Assembly: GCA_030390025.1 (NCBI GenBank)
Contig: JASTWF010000346.1
Span: 186,001 to 250,000 of the forward strand
Length of the DNA: 64,000 bases
Direction: 5' to 3'
DNA from: Squalus acanthias
Lineage: Eukaryota
Shown: piece by piece, positions 57,591-64,000 of the stretch
Layout: each line of letters begins with the position of its first letter
How positions within the stretch are numbered: position 1 is the first letter of the stretch
The notes under the pieces: generated by a model
The model's input: the letters and a program-made list of their open reading frames with translations, nothing else
Databases searched by the model: none
Told to the model about the DNA's origin: nothing
Program-made: the position numbers and the translations under genes

Positions 57591-58159
57591 TGATTCGTGT
57601 ACAAGGATTAGTGCAGGAGCTGCAGCTACAACTCTGAAGAGACACATTAGGGCTCTGACCTCACTCCAATTGTAGCCAGAAGTGCATACCTGGCAAGATC
57701 TAATTAAGAATGAGCTATTTCTTTTATTCTACCTTTTTCATTCCCATGTGTGGCGAGGGCAATATCCTTAGCGTGCGAGTTCTTTCAAACGCTGTCATGG
57801 GTTCAATGAAAACCAAACAAAAAAGTATTCTTCAACTCAGTCATGGTCTTCATGAAAGAGGCGCTTCTGGCCAATATTCCCCCTCTTGGCATTCATGTGA
57901 AAGGAAAGTTAGAATAATTCAAGATGCACATTGCATTCCAGGATCTGGCTTTACTTCAAAAACAAAAGTTGCCTGTGATTTCAGAAGAGGAACCAAGCGT
58001 CAAAACAAAGGGAAATGCAGAATGGAGAAGCTCGGAATTGCAACCCCACTGCCTTGTATTTGAGGCAGCTTCTTGTTGCAATCTGCAGGGATACGCACTG
58101 CATCCAAAAAATACAACATTGACAATACAAAAATAAAAATCATCTTTCTCTGTACAAAG

Positions 58160-58622
58160 AACACTTGCATTTATACAGCGCCTTTCACGACCTCAGGACG
58201 TCCCAAAGCGCTTTACAGCCAATGAAGTACTTTTTGAAGTGGAGCCACTGTTGTAATGTAGGAAAGCCGGCAGCCAATTTGCGTACAGCAAGATCCCACA
58301 AACAGCAATGTGATAATGGCTAGATCATCTGTTTTAGTGATGTTGATTGAGGGATAAATATTGGCCCAGGACACCGGGGAGACCCCCCCTGCTCATCTTC
58401 AAAATAGTGCCATGGGATCTTTTACGTCCACCTGAGAGAGCAGACGGGGCCTCGGTTTAAGGTCTCATCCGAAGGACGGCACCTCTGACAGTGCGGCGCT
58501 CCCTCAGGACTGCACTGGAGTGTCAGCCTAGACTTTTGTGCTCAAGTCTCTGGAGTGGGACTTGAACCCACAACCTTCTGACTCAGGAGTTGAGGGTGCT
58601 GCCCACTGAGCCACGGCTGACA
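58160..58622 (-). mobile_element. SacSINE1/DeuSINE-like SINE
   Basis: Full-length match to the other copies. Confidence 0.8.
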
Positions 58623-58904
58623 CTATATAAATACAAGTTGTTGTTGTTGACAGATGTGGCCTAATTTGATTCTCCTCCTGATTTTCCCTGCCGTCACCCC
58701 CCGTGAGGATGTCCCCTCTGCACAGTTGGCACTGCAGAGGTCATTACCTGACCATGTCGGAGAGAAGGAGAGACAACCCAAACCTTGCGGCAGGGTCTGC
58801 AGGAGCTTAAAGGCATTGCACCGCTTCAGGACTCTGCTGCACTTGATGCAGATTGACAGCTGAGGGGCCAATGATGGGTAGGTTATTGCAATTTAGGTCA
58901 CTTA

Positions 58905-59797
58905 GGGGTAAAAATTCAGTTGGTTGCGCCACCCGTTAGCGCCTTAAGAGGGCGCTAATGGGGCGCAAAGCTGCTAACGCCCGGGCGCAGCGATGTTTGC
59001 GCCGCTCGGGAACTTAACTTGACATTGTGCGGCGGCGCTAAAACTTACCGCTGCGACCACCTGCGCGCGCAGATTGTGACGTCATTCCATGGTGCAACGC
59101 CCTTGTGGCGCCCCGGAGCGGAAATTGAGTGGCGCCCCCTGCCTTACCGCCTGGCGCTTCCAACGACCAGAAGACTGGAACGCTATCAATCGCTGTGGGG
59201 CTGGGGGGGGCGCTATTTAAAGGGGGCCTCTTCCTGTCTTTTATTGTTGGTGGCATTTTTGAACTACGCATTCTGAGAGAGAGAGGGAGAGACTTCTGGA
59301 GAGATTCAACGTTGTGTGAAGGAGTTTTGGGTACTGAGCAGCACTTTGCAGGTTCATTTTGATTTGCCATTCCTTGTATCGATTTAGCAGAGACTGTGGG
59401 AGCTGCACTCTCAGCTCTTTGCCTGGTACTCTCCATTGTTCTTTAGAGCACATTTGATGTGCAAGTCTCTCCAGGCCGAGATTCAAGGCTGCAATGAACA
59501 GGATGTGGATGGAAAGCAAGATTAACCATCCCCTTTAAGAACTGGCCCGTGCCATTGTGTGTGTGTTCCATTGCTGACTGACATTACTTGAGCTTCGCCA
59601 GCGCTCTGAGTTAGCGCCTCACTCCTTGGCCTTTGCGCCTTAAGACAGGTGTGCAGCGCCTGCTTTAGCGCTCCACTCACCTCCCGGGGCGGTAAAAGTG
59701 AAGTTTCCAGTCAGTGCCGATAATTAGCGCCAGGCGCTAATATTTGCGTCCAGACGATATTTGCGCCCCAAATGGGGCGCGACCTAATTTTTACCCC
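58905..59797. mobile_element. PIF/Harbinger-type non-autonomous element (MITE)
   Basis: TIRs GGGGTAAAAATT / AATTTTTACCCC flanked by TTA on both sides (58902-58904, 59798-59800). Confidence 0.8.
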
Positions 59798-60389
59798 TTA
59801 GTGTTTAGTGCTTGCATGTCTTTATGTTTCATGTCTTGCATTGATGGCCGAGTGCCAGGAAAGAGAGTTTGAACCTCCAGGCTGAATTCCCCAATCATTA
59901 GCACCTTGTTCTCTTCTCAAATAATCCCCTTATGCTAAAGGGCGTTGCTTCATACTTGGAAGGTTGTCTGAAGTGTTAAAATAAAAATCAGAACCTTGTG
60001 CAGAGGAGTCACAGTTGTTGACTTGTTCTGGTATGTTTACTTCCATGTACTAATAGGCCCCGGCATTTTTACTGCCCTCTAATTTGTTGTTGAATTGATT
60101 TATGAGGCATGTTCCTCGGCCCTTTTTAGATGGCGGCAGTGCTAAATTCAACTCCGAGATTAATGTCTCTCTGCCTCGCAAATCGCTTCTGAGATCAGTC
60201 AGACCCCATCACACGCTGCGGTTTGCATTTGGAGAGGGCGAGCGAATAACAGCTCAACATTTGAAAGATGGCTAACACCAGCGGTGCCAGTACTCAAATG
60301 CATTGGGGAGAGGGAGGGAGTCTGCAGTGGTGTCAGCTGTGGCCCAGTGGGTAACACTCTCACCTGTGAGTCAGAAGGTGATGGGTACG

Positions 60390-62287
60390 CTGGAAGGAAT
60401 ACTTCGAAGATCTCCTTAACCGCGACTCTGTCTTCGACGCGAGTGTCCTCAACTCCATCCCGCAGCATGCTACCCGCCACCATCTCAGCACAACCCCAGC
60501 CCGGCATGAGGTTGAAAAGGCCATCCGACAACTGAAGAACAACAAGGCCTCAGGAGCAGATGGAATCCCCGCCGAGGCACTAAAGCATGGTGGAGAAGTA
60601 CTACTGGCGCGAATTCATGAACTCATTTCTCTTATCTGGAAGGAGGAGAGCATGCCAGGGGATCTCAGAGAGTAATTGTGACCATCTTCAAGGTGACAAG
60701 TCTGATTGCGGTAATTACAGAGGAGTTTCCCTGCCATCTGCCACAGGGAAAGTCATCGCAAGAATCCTCCTCAGTCGCCTTCTCCCAGTGGCCGAAGAGC
60801 TCCTCCCAGAGTCGCAATGCGGATTCCGCCCACTAAGGGGCACAATGGACATGATCATCACCGCATGTCAATTACAAGAGAAATGCAGGGAACAGCACCA
60901 ACCGCTGTACATGGCCTTCTTTGATCTCACAAAGGCCTTCGACACCGTCAACCATGAGGAATTATGGAGTGTCCTCCTCAAATTCGGCTGCCCTCAAAAG
61001 TTTGTCACCATCCTCCGCCTGCTTCACGATGACATGCAAGCCGTGATCCTGACCAACGGTTCCACCACAGACCCAATTCACGTATGAACCGGGGTCAAGC
61101 AAGGCTGTGTCATCGCACCAATGCTCTTCTCGATCTTCCTTGCTGCAATGCTCCATCTCACCCTCAGTAAGCTCCCCACTGGAGTGGAATTAATTTACAG
61201 AACAAACGGGAAACTGTTCAACCTCCGTCACCTCCAGTCAAGATCTAAGGTCGTCCCATCCTCTGTCGACGAATTACAGTATGCAGATGATGCTTGCGTC
61301 TGCGCTCACTCGGAGGTCGAACTCCAAACCATCGTCAACACCTTCACCGAAGCGTACGAGAGCATGGGCCTTACACTAAACATCCGTAAGACAAAGGACC
61401 TCTACCAACCTGCCCCCGCCACACAGTACTGCCCCCCGATTATCAAAATCCACGACAAGGCCTTGGACAACGTGGACCACTTTCCATACCTCGGGAGCCT
61501 ACTGTCAACAAGGGCAGACGTCGATGACGAAGTCCAACACTGCCTTCAGTGTGCCAGTGCAGCCTTCGGTCGCCTGAGGAAGAGAGTGTTTGAAGACCAG
61601 GACCTCAAACCCGGCACTAAGCTCATGGTCTACAGCGCAGTAGTAATACCCGCCCTCCTGTATGCCTCAGAGACATGGACCATGTACAGCAGGCACCTCA
61701 AAGCACTGGAGAGGTACCACCAACGCTGCCTCCGCAAGATCCTGCAAATCCATTGGCAGGATAGGCGCACCAACGTCAGTGTTCTCGCTCAGGCCAACAT
61801 CCCCAGCATTGAAGCTTTGACCACGCTTGATCAGCTCCGATGGACGGGTCACATTGTCCGCATGCCCGATACGAGACTCCCAAAACAAGCGCTCTACTCG
61901 GAGCTCCGGCACAGCAAGAGAGCCCCAGGTGGGCACAGGAAACGCTTCAAGGACACCCTCAAAGCTTCCTTGAAAAAAGTGCAACATCCCCACCGACACC
62001 TGGGAATCCCTGGCCCAAGACCGCACAAAGTGGAGCAGAAGCATCCGGGAAGGCGCCGAACACCTCGAGTCTCTTCGCCGGGAGCAAGCGGAAGCCAAAT
62101 GCAGGCAGCGCAAGGAGCGCACGTCAACCCAAGCACCCCACCCACCCACCTGCCCCTTCAACCACCGTCTGCCCCACCTGTGACAGAGACGGTAGGCCCC
62201 GCATTGGACTCATCAGTCACCTGAGAACTCATTTTTAATGTGGAAGCAAGTCATCCTTGGTTCCGAGGGACTGCCTAAGAAGAAGAA
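60390..62287 (+). mobile_element. RTE-clade LINE, 5'-truncated and frameshifted, inserted in a SINE (60329-60389 + 62288-62690)
   Basis: GNYRG.SL, QCGFR, DLTKAFDTV, GVKQGC, LQYADD; (AAG)n tail; TSD GGGTACG (60383-60389, 62288-62294). Confidence 0.9.
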
Positions 62288-63544
62288 GGGTACGAGCCCC
62301 ACTCCAGAGACTTGAGCACTAAGTCCATGCTGACACTCCCAGTGCAGTGCTGAGGGAGCGCTGCACTGTCGGAGGTGCCGTCTTTCGGTTGAGACCCCGT
62401 CTGCTCTCTCAGGTGGACGTAAAAGATCCCGCGGCCACTATTTTGAAGAAGAGCAGGGGAGTTCTCCCCGGTGTCCTGGGGCCAATATTGATCCCTCAAC
62501 CAACATCACTAAAAAAGAGATGATCTGGTCATTATCTCATTGCTGTTTGTGGGAGCTTGCTGTGCGCAAATTGGCTGCTGCGTTTCCTACATTACAACAG
62601 TGACTGCACTTCAAAAAGTACTTCATCGGGTGCAAAGTACCATGGGACGTCCTGAGGTCCTGAATGGCACGATATATAAATGCGAGTTCTGTCATTCATT
62701 GATAATACATGCGTTTTGATTCTGGAAGAAATGTACCGTTGTACAGTTGTGTGACACATGGCTGGAAGATGTACGGCAGGTCTCCAGATGATCTACCGCT
62801 GAAGGGATACGTCGCTTTAGTGCAGACGCCTGCCATTTGTACGCTTTTGTCATGACCCCCATCTGAGATGCTCGAGCAATGAACACTTCGACTTCCAGGT
62901 ACGGTCCTCGTGGCTTCAGCGGACTGACACAGCCCATGGTTCACCGCACGCGTGCTGAGTGTACCTGAAGCTGACGGCGCGGTGCAAAGACCACTCGGCA
63001 TACAGGCCCACAGAGAACGACTTGTCAGCCTTTCAGCCGGCGTGAGTCCCAGTATTTTCGTTACGGATTAAAATCAATTACCATATTTGTGCCGTGAAGT
63101 CTAGCGCACGAAAGGTCGCTGCTACCTCGAGGCGTTTCTACACCAGACTCCGAGGCTTCAGAATGGTATCACTTGTTGTGAGCTGGATTGTTAAACTTAG
63201 GCTCCGTGCTTTGCCAATCTAGAGTGAAATAAAAGCTGCTTTGGAGACAAGGAAAAACCGTTTTGCTCTGTCACAAGAAATCCATTTTATACAAAACAAA
63301 TCCCCACTTCATTCTTTAGAAATCTTTAACTCTCGAATCAACTTCGCATTTCTTTTTTTACAGCTAATGTCAGCCACCCGTAACACATGCTTCCTATTTA
63401 CAGCCCAGTCATAATACAAAGACTAACCCTTCAAACCACCTCTACTGCAAGGAATTAACCCTTCCACACATCACCTCCGTTTACAGAATGTGGTTCCATG
63501 CTAGACCGGTTGTCCCATTTCAATTAAATGTAATTATTTTATTC

Positions 63545-63980
63545 CTTCTTGGGATCTGGGCGTCACTGGCAAGGCCGGAATTTATTGCCCATCCCTAGTT
63601 GCCCTTGAGAAGGTGGTGGTGAGCCGCCTTCTTGAACCACTGCAGTCCGTGTGATGAAGGTACTCCCACAGTGCTGTTAGGTAGGGAGATCCAGGATTAT
63701 GATCCAGCGACGATAAAGGAACGACGATATACTTCCAAGTCAGGATTGTGTGTGACTTGGAGGGGAACTTGGAGGTGGTGGTGTTCCCATGCGCCTGCTG
63801 CCCTTGTCCTTCTAGGTGGAAGAGGTCGCGGGTTTGGGAGGTGCTGTTGAAGAAGCCTTGGCGAGTTGCTGCAGTGCATCTTGTAGATGGTACACACTGC
63901 AGCCACGGTACGCTGGTGGTGGAGGGAGTGAATGTTTAAGGTAGTGGATGGGGAGCCAATCAAGCGGGCTGCTTTGTCAG
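63545..63980 (-). mobile_element. LINE 3' fragment, same family as 48604-49396
   Basis: Reverse complement of about 48950-49390. Confidence 0.8.
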
Positions 63981-64000
63981 CCAGTACTCAAAGGTGAATG

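Overview
This is eukaryotic, repeat-dominated DNA, most likely from a shark or ray: it carries HE1-type V-SINEs, SacSINE1/DeuSINE-like SINEs and CR1 LINEs. No host gene could be supported. The main content is three young insertions of one long-LTR (~1.7 kb), env-bearing retrovirus-like family resembling lokiretroviruses. (1) Element A (33577-46466, minus) is a full 12.9-kb provirus with a 4-bp TSD, a tRNA-Arg(TCG) PBS, gag, a UGA-CUAG read-through into pol (PR-RT-tether-RNaseH-IN plus a long tail) and an env broken by one base. (2) Element B (<1-9050, plus) lacks pol enzymes but has intact gag and intact env; PR-RT-RH-IN is replaced in frame by a new coiled-coil segment while the read-through signal and Pol tail are kept. 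(3) A solo LTR with TSD lies at 27265-28917. The Env has an Ig-like domain fused to a paramyxo/pneumovirus-F-like class I fusogen architecture. The rest is a decayed CsRn1-clade Gypsy, a Penelope fragment with a hammerhead ribozyme, RTE and CR1 LINEs, Harbinger-type MITEs and 17/20/30/33/34/59-bp tandem arrays. All family assignments come from motif recognition; no database searches were run.
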